Notes under the pieces: generated by a model | What the model was told of the DNA's origin: nothing | Seen by the model: the letters and a program-made list of their open reading frames with translations, nothing else | Database searches by the model: none | Assembly: GCA_030540405.1 (NCBI GenBank) | Contig: JAUNWH010000009.1 | Span: 2,948 to 66,947, forward strand | Direction of reading: 5' to 3' | DNA from: Spirochaetales bacterium | GTDB lineage: Bacteria; Spirochaetota; Spirochaetia; Treponematales; Treponemataceae | DNA: 64,000 nucleotides | Position numbers and translations under genes: made by a program | Shown here: piece after piece, positions 1 to 10,095 of the stretch | Numbering within the stretch: the first letter of the stretch is position 1 | Layout of the letters: every line of letters begins with the position of its first letter

Positions 1-2
1 CT

Positions 3-1943
3 GCTAAAAAGCAATTTAAAGGAAAAAAACAAGTTTATAATAGAAAAGATAAAGAAGATTTCTTTGACGAGGAAGAACTTTATCAGAACAAAAAGCATGA
101 TTCAACTCCGGCAAGTGTTGTTCCAGAGAAAATCGAAATCATGGAGACAATTTCCGTTTCTGATCTTGCCCGCAAAATGAATCTTAAGGCAAGCGAAATT
201 ATCGGCAAGCTTATGTCAATGGGAATGATGGTTACAATCAACCAGTCCATTGATTCTGACACGGCGACAATTCTTGCTTCTGAATATAATTGTCAGGTTC
301 ACCTTGTAAGCCTTTACGATGAAACTGTTATTGAAAGCGACAAGGGAAGTTCTGAAGGTGAGCGCACTCGTCCTCCGATTGTTACAGTTATGGGCCACGT
401 TGACCACGGAAAGACAAAAACTCTTGATGCAATCCGCAATGCTGATGTTGCTGCTGGAGAAGCTGGCGGAATCACACAGAAAATCGGTGCTTACCAAGTT
501 TCAACTCCAAAGGGCGTAATTACTTTCCTTGATACTCCGGGACACGAGGCGTTTACAATGATGCGCGCCCGCGGTGCACAGATTACAGATATTGTTGTTC
601 TTGTTGTTGCGGCGGACGATGGTGTTATGCCTCAGACAATGGAAGCTATAAACCACGCAAAAGATGCAAAGGTTCCAATTATTGTTGCTGTCAACAAAAT
701 TGATAAGCCGGATGCAAATCCTGAAAAAGTTATGACGCAGCTTTCTGAGCTTGGTCTTACTCCTGAAGCTTGGGGCGGCGACACTCAATATGTAAATATT
801 TCAGCGTTAAAGCATCAGGGAATTGACGACTTGCTGGATGCGATTCTTATTCAGGCTGAAGTTCTTGAGCTTAAGGCGCAGTATGATTGCCGCGCTGAAG
901 GAAAAGTTATTGAAAGCCGCACTGACCAGGGACGTGGTGTTGTTGCTTCTGTTGTTGTTCAGCGTGGAACTTTGCACATCGGCGATCCTTTGGTTGCAGG
1001 AATTTATTCAGGACGTGTTCGTGCGATTTTCAATGACCGTGGACAGAAAATTCAAGAGGCGACACCTTCAATGCCGGTGGAAGTTCTTGGACTTGAAGCT
1101 ATGCCGAATGCCGGAGATCCTATTCAGGTTACAGAAACTGAAAAAGATGCGCGCGCATTTGCTGCAAAACGCCAGGAACTTAAACGCTTTGAAGATGCAA
1201 AGGCTGTCAAGAAAGTTACGCTCGACAATTTGTATTCAACAATTGAAGCAAGCGAAGTCAAAGAGTTCAAGGTTATTATCAAAGCTGATTTGCAAGGTTC
1301 TGCGGAAGCTCTTAAAACTTCGCTTGAAAAGCTCAGTACAAAGGAACTTAGGCTTGTTGTCATTCATTCAAGCGCGGGTGCAATCAACGAAAGCGATGTT
1401 ACTTTAGCTGCCGCTGATGAAAACGCGATTATTATTGGATTTAATGTCCGTCCGACTCCAAAAGCAAAATCTTTGGCTGAACAGGAAAAAGTTGAAATCC
1501 GCAAGTATAACATTATCTACAAGTGCGTTGAAGAAATTCAGCAGGCCATGGAAGGAATGCTTCAGCCTGACACAAAAGACGAAACAACAGGAACCGCGGA
1601 AGTTCGCAACACATTCAAAGTTCCAAAGATTGGCGTTATTGCCGGATGTTACGTTACAGATGGCGTTATCAAAAAAACTTGCAGTGTGAATGTTATCCGC
1701 GAAGGCGTTGTTATTTACACTGGAAAAATTGCTTCTCTCAAAAGATTCAAGGACGATGCAAAAGAAGTTAAAGACGGATTTGAATGCGGTATCGGAATTG
1801 AAAACTGGCAGGATCTTCAGATTGGAGATCAGCTTGAGGCTTTTGAGACAATCGAAGTTAAACGCAAACTCGGAAAAACTTTGGCAGATGAGCAGGCAGA
1901 AGCAGAAAAGAAAAATGCCGCTGCAGAAGTTTCCGCTGAATAA
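3..1943 (+). CDS. infB: Translation initiation factor IF-2 (5' end outside the window)
   Basis: Frame is open from base 3 (AKKQFKGKK...), so the ATG at 141 is internal. GTPase motifs [13 protein letters not shown] and NKID are present. rbfA follows, as in the conserved infB operon. Confidence 0.95.
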   Translation, partial: AKKQFKGKKQVYNRKDKEDFFDEEELYQNKKHDSTPASVVPEKIEIMETISVSDLARKMNLKASEIIGKLMSMGMMVTINQSIDSDTATILASEYNCQVHLVSLYDETVIESDKGSSEGERTRPPIVTVMGHVDHGKTKTLDAIRNADVAAGEAGGITQKIGAYQVSTPKGVITFLDTPGHEAFTMMRARGAQITDIVVLVVAADDGVMPQTMEAINHAKDAKVPIIVAVNKIDKPDANPEKVMTQLSELGLTPEAWGGDTQYVNISALKHQGIDDLLDAILIQAEVLELKAQYDCRAEGKVIESRTDQGRGVVASVVVQRGTLHIGDPLVAGIYSGRVRAIFNDRGQKIQEATPSMPVEVLGLEAMPNAGDPIQVTETEKDARAFAAKRQELKRFEDAKAVKKVTLDNLYSTIEASEVKEFKVIIKADLQGSAEALKTSLEKLSTKELRLVVIHSSAGAINESDVTLAAADENAIIIGFNVRPTPKAKSLAEQEKVEIRKYNIIYKCVEEIQQAMEGMLQPDTKDETTGTAEVRNTFKVPKIGVIAGCYVTDGVIKKTCSVNVIREGVVIYTGKIASLKRFKDDAKEVKDGFECGIGIENWQDLQIGDQLEAFETIEVKRKLGKTLADEQAEAEKKNAAAEVSAE

Positions 1944-1954
1944 AAGGATTTGCA

Positions 1955-2359
1955 ATGGGACAGTATAGAATGGACAGGCTGGGCAACCAGCTTAGGGAAG
2001 AAATTGCAACTCTCATAATGCGCCACGAAGTAAAAGATCCGCGTGTGAATGAATTTCTTACAATAAACCGTGTGGAAGTTGTAAAAGATTTATCATGCGC
2101 GAAAGTCTATGTTTCATCTTTTTTGGATGACGCTTCTGTTGAGCGTGGCGTAAAAGGCTTGCAAAGCGCGGCTGGATTTATTCAGTCTACAATTGCAAAA
2201 AAAGTTTCAATCTATAGATTTCCAAAACTTACTTTTGTAGCAGATTTCAGCATGAAAGAAGGCTATAAAATGGTTCAAAAACTTAATGCGCTGGAAAATG
2301 AATCTAGGCAAATTGAAATCAGCCAAAATGAGCAAAATGCCAGAGAAGACCAAGAATAA
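1955..2359 (+). CDS. rbfA: Ribosome-binding factor A
   Basis: 134 aa. N-terminus RLGNQLREEIATLI...DPRV is typical RbfA. Sits between infB and truB. Confidence 0.9.
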   Translation: MGQYRMDRLGNQLREEIATLIMRHEVKDPRVNEFLTINRVEVVKDLSCAKVYVSSFLDDASVERGVKGLQSAAGFIQSTIAKKVSIYRFPKLTFVADFSMKEGYKMVQKLNALENESRQIEISQNEQNAREDQE

Positions 2360-4190
2360 AGTTTCCGGGGTTATGCTTTATGCAAAGACTCCGGGAATTA
2401 CAAGTTTTTCTTCTCTTTGGAGCATCAAGCATGCCTTGAAAACTGAAAAGGTCGGACATACTGGAACTTTGGATTCTTTTGCTGAAGGCTTGCTTGTTGT
2501 TTTGTCTGGCAATCTTACGCACCTTGTTCCTCATATAACTTCATTTACAAAAACTTATCGGGCTGTTGTTTGCTTCGGAAAAGAGACGGATACTCTCGAT
2601 CCGACCGGAGATGTTGTAAAAACTGGCGTGGCGGCTTCTAAAGAGCAAATTGAAACTGCGCTGAAAAAATTTACTGGAGCAGTTCTGCAAGTTCCGCCTG
2701 TTTATTCTGCGCTTCATGTTGACGGAAAACGTGCAAGCGATCTTGTCCGCGGCGGAAATGAAATTCATCTTGAAAGCAGGCAGGTTTTTATTTATAAAAA
2801 TGAGCTTCTTGATTTTAAAGAGCCTTCAGAAAATGACGCTTGCTCTTATGCGCTGCTTGAAATTGTCTGCTCAAAAGGAACTTACATCCGCGCGCTTGCC
2901 AGAGACATTGCCTCTAGCCTTGGAACTTGTGCCCATTTATGCGCTTTGAGGCGGACTAAAGTCGGACCGTTTGAATTAAAAGATGCGGCGTGTTTTGGCG
3001 AGCTAAAAGAATTTTCAATAGAAAACGGAATTCAAAATGCGCTTTATTTGCAAAAGGAAAAAGAGAAAATCCATCTTCCATTTGAACAAAAAATAAAAAA
3101 ACGCCATGAAGATTCAGCTGAAAAAATTCAAGACATAAGAAATCACTTTTTGCTTTTTTCTCAAAAACTAGCGTCGCTTTGCGGTTTTAGCTGCGATATT
3201 TTAAAGCCTGAATTTGAAAAGTCATATTTGAATGGCCGTCCGCTTTCACAGAAAATGTTTGACATTGCAAGCTGCGGAAATGTTGAAAATGAAATTGCTG
3301 TTTTTTATTCGTCTGGAAATTTCTCCGGAATAATTTGCAAAAACAAAGATTCAAAACTTTCTTATGGTTTTGTTGTTCCGCCTGAAAAAAAAGAATTCAA
3401 AATTTTTTCTTGGAATGAATTTTGCAGTTTGAATTTTCCGATTGAATGGAAATCAAAAGGCTGCGCTCTTACGGTCGGAAGTTTTGAAGCCGTTCATGCA
3501 GGCCATGCTGCGCTTATAAAAACTGCTGTTGCTCAAAAAAAATTTATTTCGGGAATTATAACTTTTTCTTCGCAGATAAAAAATGACGGAACTTGTTCAA
3601 TTTTTACTCTTGAGCAGCGGCTGGAATTTTTCAAGGAGCTTGGACTTGACTTTGCTGTTGTGATTGACTTTACGCAGGATTTTTCAAAAATTGAGGGAGC
3701 TGATTTTATTGAAACTTTGATTTCAGTTTGCGGAATGAAATTTCTTGCTGAGGGTAGCGATTTTAAATGCGGCTACAAAGGCTCGCTTAATATGGAAGAA
3801 CTTGAAAAAATTTCACAGGAAAAAAATTTCGAGCTTTGCAAACAGGATTACGTTTTTTTTGAAGATGAAAAAATCAGCTCAAGCCGCATAAAAAAAGAAA
3901 TTCTTGCAGGAAATTTTATATGCGCGCAGAAAATGCTTTTGCGTCCGTTTGCTTTGGATGTCCGCGGAATTTCATTGAAAGAAAAATCTGCTGGAAATGA
4001 AAATTCGATTTTTGAATTCCGCAATGAGAAAAATCAGATTTTGCCAAAGAACGGAATTTATAAAGTTGCTGCGCTTGATTCTGACGGAAATGTTTTTCAC
4101 ACAACTCTTGAGATTGAAAACGAAAATCTTAGGATTGCGCTTCCGACTTCTGGAATTGCAGAAAAAACAGTCGAGATAAAATTTTGCTGA
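2286..4190 (+). CDS. truB: Fused tRNA pseudouridine-55 synthase (TruB) and FAD synthetase (RibF-like) protein
   Basis: N-terminal half has KTPGITSF...GHTGTLDSFAEGLLVV (TruB catalytic Asp motif). C-terminal half has TVGSFEAVHAGHAALI (FMN adenylyltransferase GxFDxxHxGH). One uninterrupted ORF. True start is probably ATG 2328 or 2373, because 2286 overlaps rbfA. Confidence 0.8.
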   Translation: MRWKMNLGKLKSAKMSKMPEKTKNKVSGVMLYAKTPGITSFSSLWSIKHALKTEKVGHTGTLDSFAEGLLVVLSGNLTHLVPHITSFTKTYRAVVCFGKETDTLDPTGDVVKTGVAASKEQIETALKKFTGAVLQVPPVYSALHVDGKRASDLVRGGNEIHLESRQVFIYKNELLDFKEPSENDACSYALLEIVCSKGTYIRALARDIASSLGTCAHLCALRRTKVGPFELKDAACFGELKEFSIENGIQNALYLQKEKEKIHLPFEQKIKKRHEDSAEKIQDIRNHFLLFSQKLASLCGFSCDILKPEFEKSYLNGRPLSQKMFDIASCGNVENEIAVFYSSGNFSGIICKNKDSKLSYGFVVPPEKKEFKIFSWNEFCSLNFPIEWKSKGCALTVGSFEAVHAGHAALIKTAVAQKKFISGIITFSSQIKNDGTCSIFTLEQRLEFFKELGLDFAVVIDFTQDFSKIEGADFIETLISVCGMKFLAEGSDFKCGYKGSLNMEELEKISQEKNFELCKQDYVFFEDEKISSSRIKKEILAGNFICAQKMLLRPFALDVRGISLKEKSAGNENSIFEFRNEKNQILPKNGIYKVAALDSDGNVFHTTLEIENENLRIALPTSGIAEKTVEIKFC

Positions 4191-4221
4191 TTCACAGAGA
4201 AGTTTGCCGCGCGGCTTAACA

Positions 4222-4249
4222 TTGACTTTTCTTTCTATATCAGTAAAAT
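4222..4249 (+). promoter_or_regulatory. Candidate sigma-70 promoter of rpsO
   Basis: TTGACT (4222-4227), 16-nt spacer, TAAAAT (4244-4249). About 100 nt upstream of the rpsO ATG. Confidence 0.5.
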
Positions 4250-4354
4250 GTAAAGCAGTTCATTCCGTTGTGATTTTGCTTGGAATACAAAGCGCCACTT
4301 TTGTTCCCTGTAAAAATCGAAGGACTGAAAATAAATTTTTATCAGGAGTAAGAA

Positions 4355-4624
4355 ATGGCACTTACAAAAGAAACAACAGCGTCAATCGTTTCAAAATTTG
4401 GAGCAAACGCAAGCGACACTGGAAACTCAAATGTTCAGATTGCTTTGATGACAGAGCGCATTAAAGAGCTTACAGCTCACTGCAAAACTTTCCCAAAAGA
4501 CACTTGCGCTCAGCGTGGTCTTTTAAAAGTTGTTGGTGCTCGCCGCAAGCTTTTGAAATATCTTAAACGCACAAATCTTGAAGGCTACCGCTCTCTCATA
4601 AAAGAGCTTGGAATCCGCAAGTAA
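4355..4624 (+). CDS. rpsO: 30S ribosomal protein S15
   Basis: 89 aa with a typical S15 sequence (GNSNVQIALMTERIKELTAH...RRKLLKYL). AGGAG precedes the ATG. Confidence 0.95.
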   Translation: MALTKETTASIVSKFGANASDTGNSNVQIALMTERIKELTAHCKTFPKDTCAQRGLLKVVGARRKLLKYLKRTNLEGYRSLIKELGIRK

Positions 4625-4648
4625 TTTGGCAGAAAAAATTGGATGATG

Positions 4649-4692
4649 ACGGCAGATGAATTCAAAAATGGATTTACTGCCGTTGTTTTTTT
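4649..4692 (+). terminator. Hairpin plus T-tract between rpsO and pnp (terminator or attenuator)
   Basis: ACGGCAG (4649-4655) pairs with CTGCCGT (4677-4683), followed by TGTTTTTTT. The loop is large (21 nt). Confidence 0.5.
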
Positions 4693-4830
4693 AAGGTGGA
4701 TTCAAATGAATTTCCCTTTGAATATTCTGATAAGAATCAGTCCACCGATTATATGGATTTCTATGAACTGGGAATCGATGTAATCTGTGGATAATCAGAA
4801 GTTCATAAAAAGCATATTTAGGAAACTTTT

Positions 4831-6921
4831 ATGATACAAAGAGTAACCAGAAAAATTGGTGATCAGGAACTTATTCTTGAAACTGGAAAAATCGGAAAGC
4901 AGGCAAATGGCTGTGTTTATGCTCAGATCGGCGGAACTGCTGTAATTGCAACCGTATGCGCTTCAAGTGAAGCAAAAGAAGGACTTGACTTTGTTCCTGT
5001 AACAGTTGAGTACAACGAAAAATTTTATGCCGCTGGAAAAATTCCTGGCGGATTTGTAAAACGTGAAGGCCGCCCAAAAGATAAGGAAATTCTTGTAAGC
5101 CGTCTTATTGACCGCCCGATGCGTCCTCTTTTTGAAACATCTTTTGGCCGTGAAATTCAGATCGTTCCAACTTGCGTTTCTATTGACGGCGTGAATCCTC
5201 CAGACATTCTTGCAGTTCTTGCTTCGAGCGCGGCTGTTTCTATTTCTGACATTCCTTTCCACGGACCTGTTGCAGGTGTTCGCGTTGGATATTTGAATGG
5301 CGAGTATATTTTGAATCCGACTTATGAGCAGATGGAAAAAATTCAGCTTGAAATTGTTGTTGCCGGAACTAAAGACGGTTTTACAATGGTTGAAGGCGGC
5401 GCAAACGAAGTTTCAGAGGAAGTTATGCTTGGAGCTTTGGAAAAAGCGCAGGGATTTATTACCGATATGTGCTTGCTTCAGGAAGAACTTGTAAAACTTG
5501 CCGGAAAAGAAAAACTTCCGCTTGCACCTCTTGATGTAAAACTTGAAAACGCAGATGCAATCAAAGCTGAAGCAATTCCTCTTATGCAGGAAGCTTGTTT
5601 CCAGAAAGGAAAAATGGCGCGCGGAAATGCGGTTAAGGCTGTAAAAGCTAAGATTGCAGAAAAATATTCAGAGCAGCTTGAAGATGAAATTCAGGCAAAA
5701 TTGTTCAACACTTTGTTTGATGACATTCAGTATGATTTGCTTCGCTCAAGCATTCTTGAAAAAGGTCTTCGCATTGACGGCCGCGGCACAGAAGATATTC
5801 GCCCGATTACTTGCGAAGTAAATGTTCTTCCTCGTCCTCATGGTTCAGCTTTGTTTACCCGTGGCGAAACTCAGTCGTTGGCTGTAACAACTTTGGGAAC
5901 TGCAATGGATGAGCAGGTTTACGATGACATTGAAGGCGACAGAAGCGAAAACTTTATTCTTCATTATAATTTCCCTCCATATTCTGTTGGTGAAGTTGGA
6001 AAGCTTACAACTGGCCGCCGTGAAATTGGACACGGAAATCTTGCACGCCGTTCTTTAGCTCCGATGATTCCTTCAAGAAGCGAATTCCCTTATACAATCC
6101 GTGTTGTTTCTGAAATCATGGAATCTAACGGTTCTTCTTCTCAGGCTTCAACTTGTGGCGGATGCTTGTCTTTGCTTGCTGCTGGTGTTCCTATGAAAAA
6201 AATGGTTGCCGGAATTGCAATGGGACTTATCACTGACGGACCGCAGTACAAAAAATATGCAATTCTCTCTGACATTTTGGGAGAAGAAGATCATCTTGGC
6301 GATATGGACTTTAAGGTTGCCGGAACTCGCGATGGAATTACAGGATTCCAAATGGATATAAAAATTGCCGGCGTTTCCATGGATATTATGAGACGCGCTC
6401 TTGAACAGGCAAAACGCGGACGTAATCACATTCTTGACATAATGGAAAAATGCATCAGCAAGCCTCAGCCAATCAGCCCTTACGCTCCAAAAATTGAAAC
6501 AATGAAAATCGCTGTTGATAAAATCGGCGCTTTGATTGGGCCGGGCGGAAAAAATGTAAAAGCTCTTTGCCAGCAGTACAATGTTACAATCAATACTGAA
6601 GATGACGGAACTGTTACAATTTATGGCAAGTCTGGAGTTTCTACTGACGCTGCAAAAGCTGCTATCAAGGGAATCTGCGAAGATCCAGAGCCAGGCACAA
6701 TTTATCAGGGAACTGTAAAGCGCATTATGGATTTTGGCGCGTTTATAGAAATTCTTCCGGGGAAAGAAGGACTTTGCCACATTTCAAAACTTTCAAGAAA
6801 TCGTGTTGAAAAAGTAAGCGATGTTCTTAAAGAAGGCCAGGTTATTCCTGTAAAATTGCTTGAAGTTGACAAAATGGGTCGCTTGAATTTGAGTTACATT
6901 GATGCAATTGAAAGCAAATAA
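4831..6921 (+). CDS. pnp: Polyribonucleotide nucleotidyltransferase (PNPase)
   Basis: 696 aa with two RNase PH domains followed by KH and S1 domains (GTVKRIMDFGAFIEILPGKEGLCHISKL). Confidence 0.97.
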   Translation: MIQRVTRKIGDQELILETGKIGKQANGCVYAQIGGTAVIATVCASSEAKEGLDFVPVTVEYNEKFYAAGKIPGGFVKREGRPKDKEILVSRLIDRPMRPLFETSFGREIQIVPTCVSIDGVNPPDILAVLASSAAVSISDIPFHGPVAGVRVGYLNGEYILNPTYEQMEKIQLEIVVAGTKDGFTMVEGGANEVSEEVMLGALEKAQGFITDMCLLQEELVKLAGKEKLPLAPLDVKLENADAIKAEAIPLMQEACFQKGKMARGNAVKAVKAKIAEKYSEQLEDEIQAKLFNTLFDDIQYDLLRSSILEKGLRIDGRGTEDIRPITCEVNVLPRPHGSALFTRGETQSLAVTTLGTAMDEQVYDDIEGDRSENFILHYNFPPYSVGEVGKLTTGRREIGHGNLARRSLAPMIPSRSEFPYTIRVVSEIMESNGSSSQASTCGGCLSLLAAGVPMKKMVAGIAMGLITDGPQYKKYAILSDILGEEDHLGDMDFKVAGTRDGITGFQMDIKIAGVSMDIMRRALEQAKRGRNHILDIMEKCISKPQPISPYAPKIETMKIAVDKIGALIGPGGKNVKALCQQYNVTINTEDDGTVTIYGKSGVSTDAAKAAIKGICEDPEPGTIYQGTVKRIMDFGAFIEILPGKEGLCHISKLSRNRVEKVSDVLKEGQVIPVKLLEVDKMGRLNLSYIDAIESK

Positions 6922-6941
6922 TTTTATTTAACTTTATGTTG

Positions 6942-6975
6942 AATCCGTCTGTAATTTGCAGGCGGATTTTTTTTG
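6942..6975 (+). terminator. Rho-independent terminator after pnp
   Basis: 10-bp stem AATCCGTCTG / CAGGCGGATT (one G-U pair), 7-nt loop, then a T8 run. Confidence 0.8.
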
Positions 6976-7031
6976 TTTTCGCGAAATTTCAATCTGATGC
7001 AAAACTTTTTGAAATTTGCTAAAATCGTTTT

Positions 7032-8318
7032 ATGCTCGCAAAAAAACAAAATCTTTTAAATAACATAATGCTTATTACTCAGCCAGTTGCAAATTCAAAA
7101 GTTACAACGTTTGGCTTTTACTTTTCAGTTGGAAGCCGTTTTGAAAATGAAGGTGAGCATGGAATCAGCCATTTTACCGAGCACATGATTTTTAAAGGAA
7201 CAAAAACAAAATCGAACCGGGACATATCTCTTATCTTTGACAGAATGGGCGGAATTTTCAATGCTTTTACCGAGCGCGAAAATGTAGGCGTTTACTGCAC
7301 TGTTCCTTCTGAAAATTTGGAAAATTACAAAACGGCATTGGAAACTCTTTGCGATTTGAGTTCGAATTGCACTTTTCCGCCTGAAGAAATGGAAAAAGAG
7401 CGCGGCGTTGTTCAAAGTGAAATTCTTGCTGTTTTGGACGATCCTGACGATTCTGCAATGGATGAAGTTGCGTCTTGTGTTTGGCCGAACCAAAAACTTA
7501 GCCTTGCGATAACTGGAACTTCTGATGATGTTGATTCAATTACGCGGGAGCAGATGGTTGACTGGTATAAAAAATATTTTGCGGAAGGCGAGCTTGTTGT
7601 AATTGTTTGCGGAAAAATTTATGAAGACATTCTTGTTGAAACTTTGCAGAAGCTTCCGCAGCATAAGCCTTCGCAGGAATTTTTTAAGCATCTTCATTTT
7701 CCAGAAAAAGTTGTCTGGAACACAGAAAACCGGATTTTAAAAGCTAAATTCAATCAGACGCAAATTTTTTCTTTGTATCCGCTTTCTTCAAATCTTTCCT
7801 TCAACGATTACATTTCACTTTTGATTTTTAATTCTGCCTCTGGAGAAACTATGAGCAGCCGCCTTTTTTCTTCGCTTCGTGAAAAATCTGGACTTTGCTA
7901 TTCAGTTGGAAGTTTTTACACGACTTATGAAAATGCAGGACTTTGGTGCGCTTATGCTGTTTGTGAAAAAACAAAAGCTGAAGAAGTCTATAAAAAACTT
8001 TCAGAAGAAATTTCGGGATTTGTTGAAAATCAAATTTCAGATGAGGAAATTGAAATTTCAAAAGAGCGTTTGTGCGGCTCAGAAATTCTTGGAGAAACTA
8101 GAACTGCGTTTTTGATGCAGCGTCTTTGGAATTTTTATTCAATGGGATTCCCGCTTTGCGAAACTGAAGAAATTCTGAATAGTATACGTTCAGCTGAAAA
8201 AAATGATATAATCAGTTTTATAAAAAATCTTTTAAATGAAGAAAAAAAATCATCGCTTGTTTATGGACCTGCGCTTTCTTCAAAACAAAAAAAGGAAATA
8301 TTATGCTGGAAAAAATAG
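7032..8318 (+). CDS. M16 family (insulinase-like) zinc peptidase
   Basis: HFTEHMIFKGT inverted zinc-binding motif HxxEH. 428 aa. Confidence 0.85.
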   Translation: MLAKKQNLLNNIMLITQPVANSKVTTFGFYFSVGSRFENEGEHGISHFTEHMIFKGTKTKSNRDISLIFDRMGGIFNAFTERENVGVYCTVPSENLENYKTALETLCDLSSNCTFPPEEMEKERGVVQSEILAVLDDPDDSAMDEVASCVWPNQKLSLAITGTSDDVDSITREQMVDWYKKYFAEGELVVIVCGKIYEDILVETLQKLPQHKPSQEFFKHLHFPEKVVWNTENRILKAKFNQTQIFSLYPLSSNLSFNDYISLLIFNSASGETMSSRLFSSLREKSGLCYSVGSFYTTYENAGLWCAYAVCEKTKAEEVYKKLSEEISGFVENQISDEEIEISKERLCGSEILGETRTAFLMQRLWNFYSMGFPLCETEEILNSIRSAEKNDIISFIKNLLNEEKKSSLVYGPALSSKQKKEILCWKK

Positions 8319-8746
8319 ATTTAAAAATTGTTGCGCAAAAAAATGCTGTTGTACCTGCTTATAAAACAGAGGGTTCCGCCGGTGCTGATGTTTGCGCTTT
8401 GCTGGATTCTCCGATTGTTCTTAAGAAAGGCGAGCGCGCCTTGATTCCTACAGGCTTGAGTTTTGAAATTCCAGCTGGATATGAAATTCAGGTTCGTCCA
8501 AGAAGCGGGCTTGCTTTAAAAAATGGCGTTACTGTTTTGAATTCGCCTGGAACTATTGACAGCGATTACCGCGGAGAGCTTAAAATTATTCTTGCTAATT
8601 TTGGGCAGGAAGATTTTACCGTGAACAGCGGAGATAGAATCGCCCAGATTATAATTTCTCCAGTTACAACAGCGAATTTTATTTCTGTAAATTCTATTTC
8701 TGAAACTTTGCGTGGAGCTGGAGGCTTCGGAAGCACTGGTGTCTAA
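8303..8746 (+). CDS. dut: dUTP diphosphatase
   Basis: 147 aa. Motifs GSAGADV, RSGLA and PGTIDSDYRGEL are present. Confidence 0.93.
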   Translation: MLEKIDLKIVAQKNAVVPAYKTEGSAGADVCALLDSPIVLKKGERALIPTGLSFEIPAGYEIQVRPRSGLALKNGVTVLNSPGTIDSDYRGELKIILANFGQEDFTVNSGDRIAQIIISPVTTANFISVNSISETLRGAGGFGSTGV

Positions 8747-8748
8747 TA

Positions 8749-10095
8749 TTGATGTTGGCAAAAAAAATTTTTGAATTTGTTTACAATAAAATAGACTCGG
8801 CAGTTGTTTTTGCTAGAAAGCAATTTGTTTTTTCTTTTCTTTTTTTTAAACGGAAATTTAAGAAATTAAAACATTTTGAGTTTCAAAGAAAAATTTATAC
8901 AGTTGGATTTTCAATTGGAAGAAAAATTAATTGTGTAAAAATTCAGGCTTTTTTTGCAAAGAAAATTTTCAAGCTGAATTCTGTAAAATCAAATATTTTA
9001 GTGCGCTACATTGCAAAGGAACTTTTACTTTACTTTTTAATTTGCTTTGTTTTTTTCTTTGTCGTGTTTTTTGTAAATCAAATTCTTTTGCTTGCTGAAA
9101 CTATATTGAAGAAAAGAGTTCCTGTGAATTCTGTTTTAAAGCTGATTTTATATTGCTTGCCAAATGTTATTTCCCAGTCTGCGCCGTTTGCAACTCTTGT
9201 TGGATTTTTAATGTGCCTTGGCAGACTTGTTACAGACAATGAAATTTTAATTTTCAGGGCAAGCGGACAACGTTACAGTTTGATTTTAAAATCTGTTTTG
9301 GCAATGGGACTTTTGATTTCAGTTTTTAGTTTTATTATGAATGACTATTTTCTTCCGATTGGAACTTTAAAATACAACCGGCTTTTCAAACAAATTATTG
9401 TGTCAAATCCTGCAATCGAGCTTGAGTCAAAATCTATAAAAAGAATGAACGATTCAACTTTGGTAATTGGAAATGTCAGCAAAAACAATGTTTCTGATAT
9501 TGTTTTGTTTGATTCAGAAAAGGATGGTGTTCAGCGGATTATAATGGCTGAAAATTCCGATGTGAAAAAATCTTCAACTCCGGGCGTAATTATGCAGCTT
9601 GATATGAGCAGTCCGATTGTCTTGAGCCTTGATAAATCTGAAACAGAAAACTATGAATTTATTTCAGCTGAAAAACTGCGCCTGAATATTTTTGAGGATT
9701 CGATTATTTCTTCTAGCAACGGAACTTCGCCTCGTGAAATGACATCGTGGGATTTGATAAAGCGGATAAAAAAAATGAAGCAGGAAAATTCTTCAACGAA
9801 AAAAAGATTAAACACTTTTATACTTGAATGCAATAAAAAATTTTCAGTTCCTTTTGGATCATTTTTTTTCGCATTGTTGGCTTTTCCTCTTGCATTGATT
9901 TTTGGAAAAAAAGACGGGCAGACACTTGGACTTATATTTGGAATAATACTTTCAGTTCTTTATTGGTCGGCAACAATAATCGGACAGATGTTTGGAATCC
10001 GCGGAGGTTACAACGGATTTTGGATGATGTGGACTCCTAATTTTGTAATAGGAATTTTAGGAATCATTCTTTACATAAGGCTCAAGAAAAAATGA
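8749..10095 (+). CDS. LptF/LptG family (YjgP/YjgQ) permease
   Basis: The conserved family N-terminus (RYIAKELLLYFLICF) only begins at GTG 9001. The first 84 codons are K/F/I-rich low complexity, so the true start may be 9001. Confidence 0.75.
   Translation: MMLAKKIFEFVYNKIDSAVVFARKQFVFSFLFFKRKFKKLKHFEFQRKIYTVGFSIGRKINCVKIQAFFAKKIFKLNSVKSNILVRYIAKELLLYFLICFVFFFVVFFVNQILLLAETILKKRVPVNSVLKLILYCLPNVISQSAPFATLVGFLMCLGRLVTDNEILIFRASGQRYSLILKSVLAMGLLISVFSFIMNDYFLPIGTLKYNRLFKQIIVSNPAIELESKSIKRMNDSTLVIGNVSKNNVSDIVLFDSEKDGVQRIIMAENSDVKKSSTPGVIMQLDMSSPIVLSLDKSETENYEFISAEKLRLNIFEDSIISSSNGTSPREMTSWDLIKRIKKMKQENSSTKKRLNTFILECNKKFSVPFGSFFFALLAFPLALIFGKKDGQTLGLIFGIILSVLYWSATIIGQMFGIRGGYNGFWMMWTPNFVIGILGIILYIRLKKK

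Noticed and set aside
1404-1955. 183-aa minus-strand ORF inside infB (similar cases: 216..497 and 501..788)
   Set aside because: It is fully antisense to a strongly supported gene, has a low-complexity F/N/C-rich translation and has no RBS. It is a shadow ORF.
4204-4464. 86-aa ORF overlapping the rpsO promoter, leader and 5' end
   Set aside because: It is out of frame with rpsO, covers the predicted promoter and has no RBS.
4786-4794. Perfect DnaA box (TGTGGATAA, the reverse complement of TTATCCACA) in the pnp leader
   Set aside because: It is a single isolated 9-mer with no cluster, no AT-rich unwinding element and no dnaA/dnaN nearby. About one such hit is expected by chance in 64 kb.
6148-6780. 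210-aa minus-strand ORF inside pnp
   Set aside because: Antisense shadow of PNPase with no recognisable motif.
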